A stretch of DNA of 64,000 nt from Balanoglossus misakiensis (lineage: Eukaryota; Animalia; Hemichordata). The DNA lies in contig CM082588.2 of NCBI GenBank assembly GCA_040954595.2, positions 10,276,844 to 10,340,843 on the forward strand, read 5' to 3'. Under the pieces are notes generated by a model, which had not been told where the DNA came from, made no database searches, and saw nothing but the letters and a program-made list of their open reading frames with translations. Both the position numbers and the translations under genes were made by a program. The first letter of the stretch is position 1; the number at the start of each line of letters is the position of its first letter. Positions 52,101 to 64,000 of the stretch are shown one piece after another.

Positions 52101-55100
52101 AAAATGACAAATTTTCGACTTTGCAAAATCTCAAAATTTCGTCGATTTTTGAAAAAAATCATTGGGGAAAATCATCAAAAAATGACAAATTTTCGACTTT
52201 GCAAAATCTCAAAATTTCGTCGATTTTTGAAAAAAAATAATGGTTGAAAATCATCAAAAAATGACAAATTTTCGACTTTGCAAAATCTCAAAATTTCGTC
52301 GATTTTTGAAAGAAAATAATGGTTGAAAATCATCAAAAAATGTCAAATTTTCGACTTTGCAAAATCTCAAAATTTCGTCGATTTTGAAAAAAATCATAGG
52401 TTCGTCGATTTTTTTAAAAAAAACATGGGTGAAAATCATCAAAAAATGACAAATTTTCGACTTTGCAAAATCTCAAAATTTCGTCGATTTTTGAAAAAAA
52501 TCATTGGGGAAAATCGTCAAAAAATGACAAATTTTCGACTTTGCAAAATCTCAAAATTTCGTCGATTTTTGAAAAAAAATAATGGTTGAAAATCATCAAA
52601 AAATGACAAATTTTCGACTTTGCAAAATCTCAAAATTTCGTCGATTTTGAAAAAAATCATGGGTTCGTCGATTTTTTAAAAACAACATTGGTGAAAATCA
52701 TCAAAAAATGACAAATTTTCGACTTTGCAAAATCTCAAAATTTCGTCGATTTTTAAAAAAAAATCATGGATGAAAATCATCAACAAATGACAAATTTGCG
52801 ACTTTGCAAAATCTCAAAATTTCGTCGATTTTTGAAAAAAATCATGGGTGAAAATCATCAAAAAATGACAAATTTTCGACTTTGCAAAATCTCAACATTT
52901 CGTCGATTTTTGAAAAAAATCATAGGTGAAAATCATCAAAAAATGACAAAATTTCGACTTTGAAAAAGCTCAAAATATCGTCCATTTTTGAAAAAAAATC
53001 ATGGGTAAAAATCATCAAAAAATGACAAATTTACGACTGTAAAATCTCAACATTTCGTCGATTTTTGAAAAAAATCATGGGTGAAAATCATCAAAAAATG
53101 ACAAATTTTCGACTTTGCAAAATCTCAACATTTCGTCGATTTTTGAAAAAAATCATAGGTGAAAATCATCAAAAAATGACAAATTTTTGACTGCAAAATC
53201 TCAAAATTTCGTCGATTTTTGAAAAAAAACATGGGGGAAAATCATTAAAAAATGACAAATTTTCGACTGCAAAATCTCAACATTTCGTCGATTTTTGAAA
53301 AAAATCATGGGTGAAAATCATCAAAAAATGACAAATTTTCGACTTTGCAAAATCTCAACATTTCGTCCATTTTTGAAAAAAATCATAGGTGAAAATCATC
53401 AAAAAATGACAAATTTTCGACTTTGCAAATGCTCAAAATTTTGTCCATTTTTGAAAAAAAATCATGGGTAAAAATCATCAAAAATGACAAATTTTCGACT
53501 GCAAAATCTCAACATTTCGTCGATTTTTGAAAAAAATCATGGGTGAAAATCATCAAAAAATGACAAATTTTCGACTTTGCAAAAACTCAACATTTCGTCG
53601 ATTTTTGAAAAAAATCATGGGTGAAAATCATCAAAAAATGACAAATTTTCGACTTTGCAAATGCTCAAAATTTCGTCCATTTTTGAAAAAAAATCATGGG
53701 TAAAAATCATCAAAAATGACAAATTTTCGACTGCAAAATCTCAACATTTCGTCGATTTTTGAAAAAAATCATGGGTGAAAATCATCAAAAAATGACAAAT
53801 TTTCGACTTTGCAAAATCTCAACATTTCGTCGATTTTTGAAAAAAATCATGGGTGAAAATCATCAAAAAATGACAAATTTTCGACTTTGCAAAATCTCAA
53901 CATTTCGTCGATTTTTGAAAAAAATCATGGGTGAAAATCATCAAAAAATGACAAATTTTCGACTTTGCAAAATCTCAAAATTTCGTCAATTTATGAAAAA
54001 ATCATGGGTGAAAATCATCAAAAAATGACAAATTTTCGTCTTTGCAAAATCTCAAAATTTCGTCGGTTTTTGAAAAATAATATGGGTGAAAATCATCAAA
54101 AAATGACAAATTTTTGACTGCAAAATCTCAAAATTTCGTCGATTTTTGAAAAAAAACATGGGGGAAAATCATCAAAAAATGACAAATTTTCGACTGCAAA
54201 ATCTCAACATTTCGTCGATTTTTGAAAAAAATCATGGGTGAAAATCATCAAAAAATGACAAATTTTCGACTTTGCAAAAACTCAACATTTCGTCGATTTT
54301 TGAAAAAAATCATGGGTGAAAATCATCAAAAAATGACAAATTTTCGACTTTGCAAATGCTCAAAATTTCGTCCATTTTTGAAAAAAAATCATGGGTAAAA
54401 ATCATCAAAAATGACAAATTTTCGACTGCAAAATCTCAACATTTCGTCGATTTTTGAAAAAAATCATGGGTGAAAATCATCAAAAAATGACAAATTTTCG
54501 ACTTTGCAAAATCTCAACATTTCGTCGATTTTTGAAAAAAATCATGGGTGAAAATCATCAAAAAATGACAAATTTTCGACTTTGCAAAATCTCAACATTT
54601 CGTCGATTTTTGAAAAAAATCATGGGTGAAAATCATCAAAAAATGACAAATTTTCGACTTTGCAAAATCTCAAAATTTCGTCAATTTATGAAAAAATCAT
54701 GGGTGAAAATCATCAAAAAATGACAAATTTTCGTCTTTGCAAAATCTCAAAATTTCGTCGATTTTTGAAAAAAATCATAGGTGAAAATAATAAAAAAAAT
54801 GACAAATTTTCGACTTTGCAAAAGCTCAAAATTTCGTCCATTTTTGAAAAAAAATCATGGGTAAAAATCATCAAAAAATGACAAATTTACGACTGTAAAA
54901 TCTCAACATTTCGTCGATTTTTGAAAAAAATCATGGGTGAAAATCATCAAAAAATGACAAATTTTCGACTTTGCAAAATCTCAACATTTCGTCGATTTTT
55001 GAAAAAAATCATAGGTGAAAATCATCAAAAAATGACAAATTTTTGACTGCAAAATCTCAAAATTTCGTCGATTTTTGAAAAAAAACATGGGGGAAAATCA

Positions 55101-57486
55101 TTAAAAATGACAAATTTTCGACTGCAAAAAATCAACATTTCGTCGATTTTTGAAAAAAATCATGGGTGAAAATCATCAAAAAATGACAAATTTTCGACTT
55201 TGCAAAATCTCAACATTTCGTCGATTTTGGAAAAAAATCATAGGTGAAAATCATCAAAAAATGACAAATTTTCGACTTTGCAAATGCTCAACATTTCGTC
55301 GATTTTTGAAAAAAATCATGGGTGAAAATCATCAAAAAATGACAAATTTTCGACTTTGCAAAATCTCAACATTTCGTCGATTTTTGAAAAAAATCATGGG
55401 TGAAAATCATCAAAAAATGACAAATTTTCGACTTTGCAAAATCTCAAAATTTCGTCAATCTATGAAAAAATCATGGGTGAAAATCATCAAAAAATGACAA
55501 ATTTTCGTCTTTGCAAAATCTCAAAATTTCGTCGATTTTTGAAAAAAATCATAGGTGAAAATAATAAAAAAATGACAAATTTTCGACTTTGCAAAAGCTC
55601 AAAATTTCGTCCATTTTTGAAAAAAAATCATGGGTAAAAATCATCAAAAAATGACAAATTTTTGACTGCAAAATCTCAAAATTTCGTCGATTTTTGAAAA
55701 AAAACATGGGGGAAAATCATTAAAAATGACAAATTTTCGACTGCAAAATCTCAACATTTCGTCGATTTTTGAAAAAAATCATGGGTGAAAATCATCAAAA
55801 AATGACAAATTTTCGACTTTGCAAAATCTCAACATTTCGTCGATTTTGGAAAAAAATCATAGGTGAAAATCATCAAAAAATGACAAATTTTCGACTTTGC
55901 AAATGCTCAACATTTCGTCGATTTTTGAAAAAAATCATGGGTGAAAATCATCAAAAAATGACAAATTTTCGACTTTGCAAAATCTCAACATTTCGTCGAT
56001 TTTTGAAAAAAATCATGGGTGAAAATCATCAAAAAATGACAAATTTTCGACTTTGCAAAATCTCAAAATTTCGTCAATTTATGAAAAAATCATGGGTGAA
56101 AATCATCAAAAAATGACAAATTTTCGTCTTTGCAAAATCTCAAAATTTCGTCGATTTTTGAAAAAAATCATAGGTGAAAATAATAAAAAAATGACAAATT
56201 TTCGACTTTGCAAAAGCTCAAAATTTCGTCCATTTTTGAAAAAAAATCATGGGTAAAAATCATCAAAAAATGACAAATTTACGACTGTAAAATCTCAACA
56301 TTTCGTCGATTTTTGAAAAAAATCATGGGTGAAAATCATCAAAAAATGACAAATTTTCGACTTTGCAAAATCTCAACATTTCGTCGATTTTTGAAAAAAA
56401 TCATAGGTGAAAATCATCAAAAAATGACAAATTTTTGACTGCAAAATCTCAAAATTTCGTCGATTTTTGAAAAAAAACATGGGGGAAAATCATTAAAAAA
56501 TGACAAATTTTCGACTGCAAAATCTCAACATTTCGTCGATTTTTGAAAAAAATCATGGGTGAAAATCATCAAAAAATGACAAATTTTCGACTTTGCAAAA
56601 TCTCAACATTTCGTCGATTTTTGAAAAAAATCATAGGTGAAAATCATCAAAAAATGACAAATTTTCGACTTTGCAAATGCTCAAAATTTCGTCCATTTTT
56701 GAAAAAAAATCATGGGTAAAAATCATCAAAAATGACAAATTTTCGACTGCAAAATCTCAACATTTCGTCGATTTTTGAAAAAAATCATGGGTGAAAATCA
56801 TCAAAAAATGACAAATTTTCGACTTTGCAAAAACTCAACATTTCGTCGATTTTTGAAAAAAATCATGGGTGAAAATCATCAAAAAATGACAAATTTTCGA
56901 CTTTGCAAATGCTCAAAATTTCGTCCATTTTTGAAAAAAATCATGGGTAAAAATCATCAAAAATGACAAATTTTCGACTGCAAAATCTCAACATTTCGTC
57001 GATTTTTGAAAAAAATCATAGGTGAAAATCATCAAAAAATGACAAATTTTCGACTTTGCAAAATCTCAACATTTCGTCGATTTTTGAAAAAAATCATGGG
57101 TGAAAATCATCAAAAAATGACAAATTTTCGACTTTGCAAAATCTCAACATTTCGTCGATTTTTGAAAAAAATCATGGGTGAAAATCATCAAAAAATGACA
57201 AATTTTCGACTTTGCAAAATCTCAAAATTTCGTCAATTTATGAAAAAATCATGGGTGAAAATCATCAAAAAATGACAAATTTTCGTCTTTGCAAAATCTC
57301 AAAATTTCGTCGGTTTTTGAAAAATAATATGGGTGAAAATCATCAAAAAATGACAAATTTTTGACTGCAAAATCTCAAAATTTCGTCGATTTTTGAAAAA
57401 AAACATGGGGGAAAATCATCAAAAAATGACAAATTTTCGACTTTGCAAAATCTCAAAATTTCATCGATTTTTGAAAAAAATCATGG
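49166..57486. repeat. ~76-78-bp satellite array with higher-order repeats
   Basis: Same monomer. An 839-bp block repeats about three times (ORFs at 50327, 51166, 52005), with 695-bp and 619-bp periods further right. Confidence 0.98.
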
Positions 57487-57775
57487 CAGGTGTCAAAGGT
57501 ATCCCCCTGTATTTGGTATTTCATGATAGTTTCATCCCTCCAAATACCAAAGCTGCACCTGTACAACGGGATGAGATATGGCACTGTATGACAGAGGTCA
57601 TCAAAATCACCTTATACATTTGGGCAAAAACCAACTGACACTTACATTCGTCCCTGTGGAACAAAAACCACACCTATCGCCCTGTTGGTTAGTGTCCAAT
57701 TAAATGTACAAAATCAATGACTTAGGCAGGTGCAACAGGTGACCCCGCCTTTGGTATATCATTATGGTCCCATCC
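57486..57775. repeat. Diverged relative of the 239-bp Helentron internal repeat (~1.2 units)
   Basis: gcaggtgtcaaaggt, ccctccaaataccaa, gagatatgg, tttgggcaa, aacaaaaaccacacctatcgccctgttggttag and gcaggtgcaacaggtgacccc align in order with the HINE repeat. Confidence 0.75.
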
Positions 57776-58861
57776 GTATATGCCCCCCTGTGACCGCCAA
57801 AGCTTTTCCGTAATATTCAAAAGTCAGAGTCGAGTTTCCATATACGGGTCTTCGGTTTATTATCGATAAATCGATCGAGCGATCGCCGAAAGCGACCGTA
57901 CGAGACTGTACACAATAGTCGAAAGACTTCGAAAGACGAGATGTGCGCAGACCTCGATGCGAATAGGCCAAATAGACCTCGAGAATGACCGAGACTGATT
58001 CGAATAGACCGAATAAACCGTGGTACGAAAAGACCGAGTAAACCGAATAGTCTTAGACCGTAATAGACCTTGTCTCGAATAGACCAAGACCGAATGGTAT
58101 AGACCGAGTAAACCGTAAACCGTAAAAACTGAAACATAAATACAAATACAAAATGTCAAATCGAAAGAATTACATATACGAAAATCGAGAATGATTTCAA
58201 TCGAAAACAGATATGTGCCATCAGTGACAGTGTGCATTCAACGTCTTATAACTAAGCATGAATATACGGTGCTGGCATAATGTGAGTGTGGCCATACGAT
58301 GCTTTCGCTATTAATGAACAACTTGTACGTTAACAAATGCCAGTTTTGTTGGCAAAAAGTATGTTTTTGGCTTTTCACAACATTGAACATACATTCATAG
58401 TTCAATAACTTGTGAGTTGTGGACCTAAACGTTCATACGTTCAATGTTCTGGTGTTTTTTTAACGGAGCGATCGGTCACGATGTTACCAACGAGCATGTA
58501 CAGTCTAAACTAAATCCTCGTTGTGTATGTTTCTTTGTTTGTTTTTTGTTGTTTTTTACATGCTATTACATACAAATATGAAAAGTTTCATTTCAGTTAT
58601 TCATTAAAATGCAAACATTTGCCAAAAAACATGTGAATAGACACCTCACAGGCCATAGTCGTATCATTAGCTTTCAATTGTCAATTTTAGCATGACATCG
58701 TGAGTAATTGAGCTAATTTTGCATATTTTCCATGCTGCACCTTGTCTGACAAGGTAATCGATTGCATATTTGAATTCCTTGACCCTGAAAACATTGCAAT
58801 AGACACCTCATTAACACTGTTGGCTCTCTTTTGTAGACCATTGATTTTAGATGGGCGTGTC

Positions 58862-59568
58862 ACCTAATTAACATAAATTAGCATTTTTACCAATTCACCA
58901 AACGTTTCTAAATTTAAAAAATGCTTAAAATATTTAAATGAATATAAGAATATGATTTCAATAGACTATTATGGTGTTGACCTGTGATATTGCACCATAA
59001 TGGCTACAAACAGCGTTTTCTTTTAGGTATTTTGAAATTATGACGTCACAAATTAATTTGCCATTTTCGACATGAAAACGTGAAAAGAATTTTTGGGAAC
59101 AGGCAAATTCGAAATCAGCGTATTCGAAATATCCAAAAACAACTTGTTCCCAGCTTGTACCAAAAAAATGAATGACATGCTTTTAAAATGCTCATTTTCT
59201 GAAATTTCCACCTGGACCTAATTAACATAAATTAGCATTTTACCAATTCACAAAATGTTTCTAAATTAAAAAAATTGTTTAAAAATATTTAAATGAATAT
59301 AAGAATATGATTTCAATAGACTATTATGGTGTTGACCTGTGATATTGCGCCATAATGGCTACAAACAGCGTTTTCTTTTAGGTATTTTGAAATTATGACG
59401 TCACAAATTAATTTGCCATTTTCGACATGAAAACGTGAAAAGAATTTTTGGGAACAGGCAACTTCGAAATCAGCGTATTCGAAATATCCAAAAACAACTT
59501 GTTCCCAGCTTGTACCAAAAAATGCCTGACATGCTTTTAAAATGCTCATTTTCTGAAATTTCCACCTG
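58862..59568. repeat. ~354-bp direct tandem duplication
   Basis: acctaattaacataaattagc starts at 58862 and 59216. Both copies end gaaatttccacctg. Confidence 0.92.
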
Positions 59569-59572
59569 ACTA

Positions 59573-59715
59573 AACGTTCGACCACACACACCTTTCATCC
59601 CACATGCAGACACGAGAGTGAAAAACTCGCCAAAATGAATAATCGGTCTCTACCGTTTATTCATTTGGGCGAGATTTTGACTCTCATATCCTACAAACAT
59701 GTGTGGTCGAACGTT
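59573..59715. repeat. ~143-bp foldback palindrome (MITE-like)
   Basis: Outer arms aacgttcgaccacaca / tgtgtggtcgaacgtt. Inner arms gagagtgaaaaactcgccaaaatgaataa / ttattcatttgggcgagattttgactctc. Confidence 0.8.
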
Positions 59716-60567
59716 GATTCACTATATATACACAGGGTGTGTTGAATCAAACATAATCAATGGAAAGGGGGCAGCGAGAGAGAGACTTTGTCCCTTTAAG
59801 GAAAAAATTAATTAATTAGGCCTATGTAATCATCATAAGGCAGTATGTGCCTCTGGACAGACTTGACAAAATGATAATGCTCCAAACCTTTCTATTCTTT
59901 TGTGAGGAGAGATTTGTTATCAAATAATAATATTCACATCTTGTTATCATAGAAATCATGAAAGCACTTTTTGATTCAAAAAGTATAATTTGATGTAGCC
60001 CTAGAATGTATCTTCTGCCAATTCTTTACTATTAAACACGTGATCTGGCCATGTAACCCACGGCGTTGTCATTTTCAGATATTTCGGCAAAAGTTTTTCG
60101 GAGTATGTTTTTACTTTATAACCGCCAAATACACAACATGTATCAGGTATGGGGCCTCATCAACCTCATTGCATTTCGTCTGCACAGTATTTGTCTGCAC
60201 CACGTTGCTGAAGTTGCCCGTCATCTGGAAATTTGAATGCCAACGTAACTGCCGTCTGAGCACGTCTGACATCATTTGATATCGAAGAATCTTTCCCTTT
60301 TTGTGCAAAATCACATGAGTCTGAGAAGGCGAAATGTTTATTCCCCTGAATAACTGAACCCATTGCTAACACATAATACTAAATCGGTTCGACTTAACTT
60401 TCCCTTTAAGGCGTTCAAAATAACGCACAACGTATCAAAAACATGCAAAGTAATACACATGATATACAGCACCATCTTAACTCATTTTTGATGTTTGAAA
60501 TAATTTGCACAATTTCTACCCTCCTTATTCACAGATATCAACGGGCTGCCTGCGGATTCAAGGTTGT

Positions 60568-61195
60568 TAGGTCCCATTGGTATAGGCATATATACCATGG
60601 GACCTTATGGGATCGGTTGCGTCTGCATGTATTTATGTATGTATGTATGTATGTATGGATGTATGTCTGTATGTCCGTCCACATCAAAAACTTGAAAACC
60701 ACTGCGTGTATCACCTTGATATTTGGTGTGCCAGATGCAGGCTGGGCTGTAGATGGGAGTTTGTTCAAATGAAATTGTCATTGCCCAAAATATGCAAATT
60801 AGATGGAAAATGTGAATTTGGTCATAACTCAGTAACCCAAGAACTACTGGTCAGATTGCTTTGCGAAGTGGTGTGTATTTACTTTATTTTGTTGTTTATA
60901 TACACAGCAAATTCCTGAATGATTACATAACTGGCTAAGTTTTAAAGAGGCCAGCTGTTCTATTTAGTGTATGTACAGTACATATGCCATTGGTAGCTTA
61001 TGGGTCAGTCAGTGCTCGCCCATTGATCTCTTGCTGTGTGTGTATGTGTGTGTATGTGTGTGTGTGTGTGTGCGTGAGTGTGTTTGTTTGTGTGTGTGTG
61101 TGTGTCTGTCTGTCTGTCTGTATATGGCCATATACTCCGGTGTAGACTTTTTCTTGTGTATTCCCTCAATGGGACCACTGTGTCCTTGACGCGAT
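60568..61195 (+). mobile_element. Short diverged HINE of the same Helentron family, opposite orientation
   Basis: Starts taggtcccattggtataggcatatataccatgggacc, followed by a GTAT microsatellite and the shared core. It contains a (GT)n/GTCT tract and ends aatgggaccactgtgtccttgacgcga plus a T-run. No 239-bp repeats. Confidence 0.88.
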
Positions 61196-61876
61196 TTTTT
61201 GTTCAACGAATGAAATGAGGAAGTGACGCAATTTCCGGTTGATAGCCAGCATTGTGTCTATTATAGTGAAAGTCAGATCTCATAAAAGGGAACTTATCAA
61301 ACAAGGGTAATACATACAATGAAAATAACGCTGCATCAACAAATACCTAAAGTGAGGTCCGCATTTTACGGGAGATGTTGCCATTAAAATTGAAATTCGA
61401 GTAATGGAGATATCATCGCTTTATATATGTCTTTTAGATTACTGTACTTCATTCAGCTATGTTTAACTGCCCAGTTGATGGCAAATACCATTTTGGATAT
61501 ATATTTTTTTCTTTGTGAAATAAATATCGATGAACAAACCTTTAACATGAAAAGAATTGCCCTACCCATGGATTCGGGTTGAATTTGCCCATATAACGAT
61601 ATAAGGTTTCATAGAAAAGGTCCGATGGTAAACAACATGTTTGAATGAACCGCCCATACTACACGAAAAACTGTAACGTCACAATCACGTGATCTTTTGT
61701 TTACTCTAACAACAACTAACTGCGCAAGTAACGTCACATTGTATGGGTACGTACCCATAAAATGTATTATTTCATTTTTTACATACTGAACCATGACAAC
61801 TGACCAAGTCACTCACGAGTTGTTTTATTTTGGCAAGTAAAGTATTAAACAAGTTTATTGTTCAGCTCAAAAATAT

Positions 61877-62622
61877 ACATGTCAAGTTTGCAGCTGCCTA
61901 TGGATTTGAACATGTCACATCAAGTCCAAGATACCCCAAATCTAATGGCATGGCAGAAAATGCAGTCAAAAGTGCAAATTTATCGCTTATGAAGAAAGCC
62001 AAGCGAAATAACAAGGATCCATATTTAGCTCTGCTGGATCATAGAAACATACCACGTGACAGTCAGTTGGGATCACCTGGGCAGAGACTCATGGGTAGGA
62101 GAACCAAAAACACTCTTTCCAACCAGCGAGATTTTGCTGAAGCCCAAACAAGTTGAGAATGTAAAGCCAAGCCTAGAAACATTGAAACAAAGACAGAAAT
62201 AATATCATGACCAGCATGCCAAACATCTGCCCAGTTTATCAAACGATGAGTTTGTGAGGATGAAGACACCCAAAGGATGGAAACCAGCAGTTGTACAGTC
62301 CAGAGCAAATACACCACGATCATATATTGTCGAGTCAGATGGACACATGTACCGTAGAAACCGCCGTGACCAGGAAAACAAAAGAAATGCCAGTTGTTCC
62401 AGATGTCGCTGATGACCACCTGCTTGTAAAGCATTGTCAACCACCTGCTGTTGAAGAAACTACGCCAGATGTAAAACCTCTCAAAGAGATGACGGTAACC
62501 AATCCTAACTCGGTTTGTAGCAGTATGACGCAAGCAGATGCCACAGGCAACCAGTCAGTGAAAACCACTTCCAGAGGACGCGTTGTGAGAAGACCAGTAA
62601 GATTCCAGGACTATGTAGACAC
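61877..62622 (+). pseudogene. Ty3/Gypsy LTR-retrotransposon integrase C-terminal remnant
   Basis: GFEHVTSSPRYPKSNGMAENAVK..DPYLALLDHRNIP..SPGQRLMGRRT. A shifted frame gives WKPAVV..TPRSYIV..YRRNRR and the terminal TSRGRVVRRPVRFQDYV. Frameshifted; no LTR seen. Confidence 0.85.
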
Positions 62623-62624
62623 TC

Positions 62625-64000
62625 AATGTGGAAAGAACTGATTTCGGAGTTTGTTGAAAGAAATACACGAACATCGCGAACATCGCACACATACACATGC
62701 ACATACTACTTCTCCAGCGACGATGCAGACAGCAGACATGGCGACGGGAAGAAACAGGTAGAGAAACGGAACGCTCCGCGCACGAGGACGAGGAACAGGC
62801 TTCTCCAGCCATCGACTACCGCCAGGACAAAAGGTAAAAGAATAAAAAGTGGCGCCAAGAGGAAACCAACAGACAGGGTTCTCATGTACATACCATGGCC
62901 ACACAAATAAATCCGAGACCCCAACCCGCACAAACCAGAGGCAATTACTTATGATGAATTGACTTTACCACAGCTGGTATCGGGTGAACTGAATCTATCT
63001 ATATATCTACCTTACTGGCCAACTTCAACATATTGAAGGCTTTGCCAGTGAGTGCACCCTATAGTACAGGACATCAAAAATGTCAGTTTTCTGGTTTGGT
63101 GAAGTGTAGTGCCAAAGAAGATTTGAAGGATTCATGTGACATCATATTAGGGATGAGTTTAGATAATGCTTCCACTGTCAATCGTTTAGCAAACTTGCAA
63201 AACATTGTCACTGACGCTCAGTTGTATTCTTGGGAGAGGGTCCGTAAATACCACTCAATAATTATTTTACAATACCTTGAGCAGGGGTTGTTGGTGTGGG
63301 GCGACGATTTTGACAACCTGCATACCAGATTCGTCAGAAACCCTCCCCAAATTAGTGTGGATCAACCAGTTAAGCCTAGCGCTAAGAAAAACCGTCACTC
63401 TCGCTATTGCTCTGCCTTTCAAGATCACAAATGTAGCCAAATCTCTGATCATGTAGTGGAGGGCAAATTGGAAAAGCATGTCTGCTCCGCCTGTTTGCGC
63501 TTTAGGCATTAGGAAACACGGCATGCTTCCACAGATTGCCCCTTTAACGATAAAGAATTCAGGGACGAAACACCAAAAAAACCCAGGGAATGGCCTGCAG
63601 CACCAGGGGGAGAGGGGATTTTCCAAGATGTAGCAGAATCTGGCTCATGTAACAGTATAGCTGATCAGCCTTTTTGTTATGTAGGTTTTTCACCTGACCT
63701 TTCAAACTTTGTAAATGGTGTAGCTTTTGATGCTCACAATTTGTATTGCCACATTTCTGTACTTTTCGACTGTGCCCTCTCGCATCATGTTCTAGCAAAG
63801 GCTATATCAGGTACCAAGACCTTCCAGTACCAGGAATTTTTAGTACCCACCGTTGTTGACACTCCACTTCTTCCAGTTATTCCGGCCTGGGTCCCCCCAC
63901 ACACGACTGATTGGCCCCCATGTTCGCCAGTTTCACACGAGTAGGTCCTACAAGCGCACAGGACAGTTTTCACTTCCGGAAAACCAAACTTTGCCGGAGT
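62625..64000 (+). pseudogene. Degenerate gag and pre-RT region of a second Ngaro/DIRS-like family (runs off the window)
   Basis: TDRVLMYIPWPH resembles TDRVRQHVLWPH. RLANLQNIVTDAQLYSWERV..LEQGLLVWGDD resembles RLQHLQSLMKDANLFPWDAI..MESGLRTWAND. A Cys/His cluster CSAFQDHKC..HVCSAC is present, and the terminal HRTVFTSGKPN resembles HDIVVESGLPN. Confidence 0.75.

Noticed and set aside
58-57638. Dozens of ORFs of the MGENHQKMTNFRLCKIS type
   Set aside because: They are by-products of a 78-bp (multiple of 3) satellite, and frames break at every homopolymer length change.
59791-60411. Possible TTAA-flanked Kolobok/piggyBac-like element (tccctttaagg at both ends)
   Set aside because: The two motifs are direct rather than inverted, and the candidate TIR match is weak, so boundaries cannot be supported.
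60971-61206. ORFs rich in CV or HT dipeptides
   Set aside because: They are translations of a (GT)n microsatellite.

Overview
Eukaryotic (inferred: invertebrate animal) heterochromatin-like window with no conventional host gene. About 23 kb is an AT-rich ~78-bp satellite (1-12068, 28720-32422, 49166-57486) whose monomer is an imperfect palindrome. Three kinds of mobile element interrupt it. (1) Two ~1.5-kb non-autonomous Helentron-type elements (HINEs) at 5083-6578 and 7654-9149. (2) A 16.6-kb head-to-tail trimer of an Ngaro-type tyrosine-recombinase retrotransposon with split direct repeats (12069-28719). Its ATG-less YR ORF can be joined in frame to gag through canonical splice sites. (3) A 16.7-kb autonomous Helentron (32423-49165, minus strand). 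It encodes an uninterrupted ~2600-aa protein (herpes-tegument-like cysteine protease, 21-aa basic repeats, Zn finger, HUH Rep, PIF1 helicase, APE endonuclease) and a 4-exon RPA70-like gene that I assembled by hand. All three Helentron-family copies in the array sit in the same A-run of the satellite monomer, and one is duplicated together with about 1 kb of satellite. This suggests a satellite-targeting, possibly satellite-amplifying, rolling-circle system. The last 6.5 kb is older transposon debris: a diverged 239-bp repeat unit, a third HINE, a foldback palindrome, a Gypsy integrase remnant and a second degenerate Ngaro-like gag. All family assignments rest on motif recognition by eye; no database search was run.
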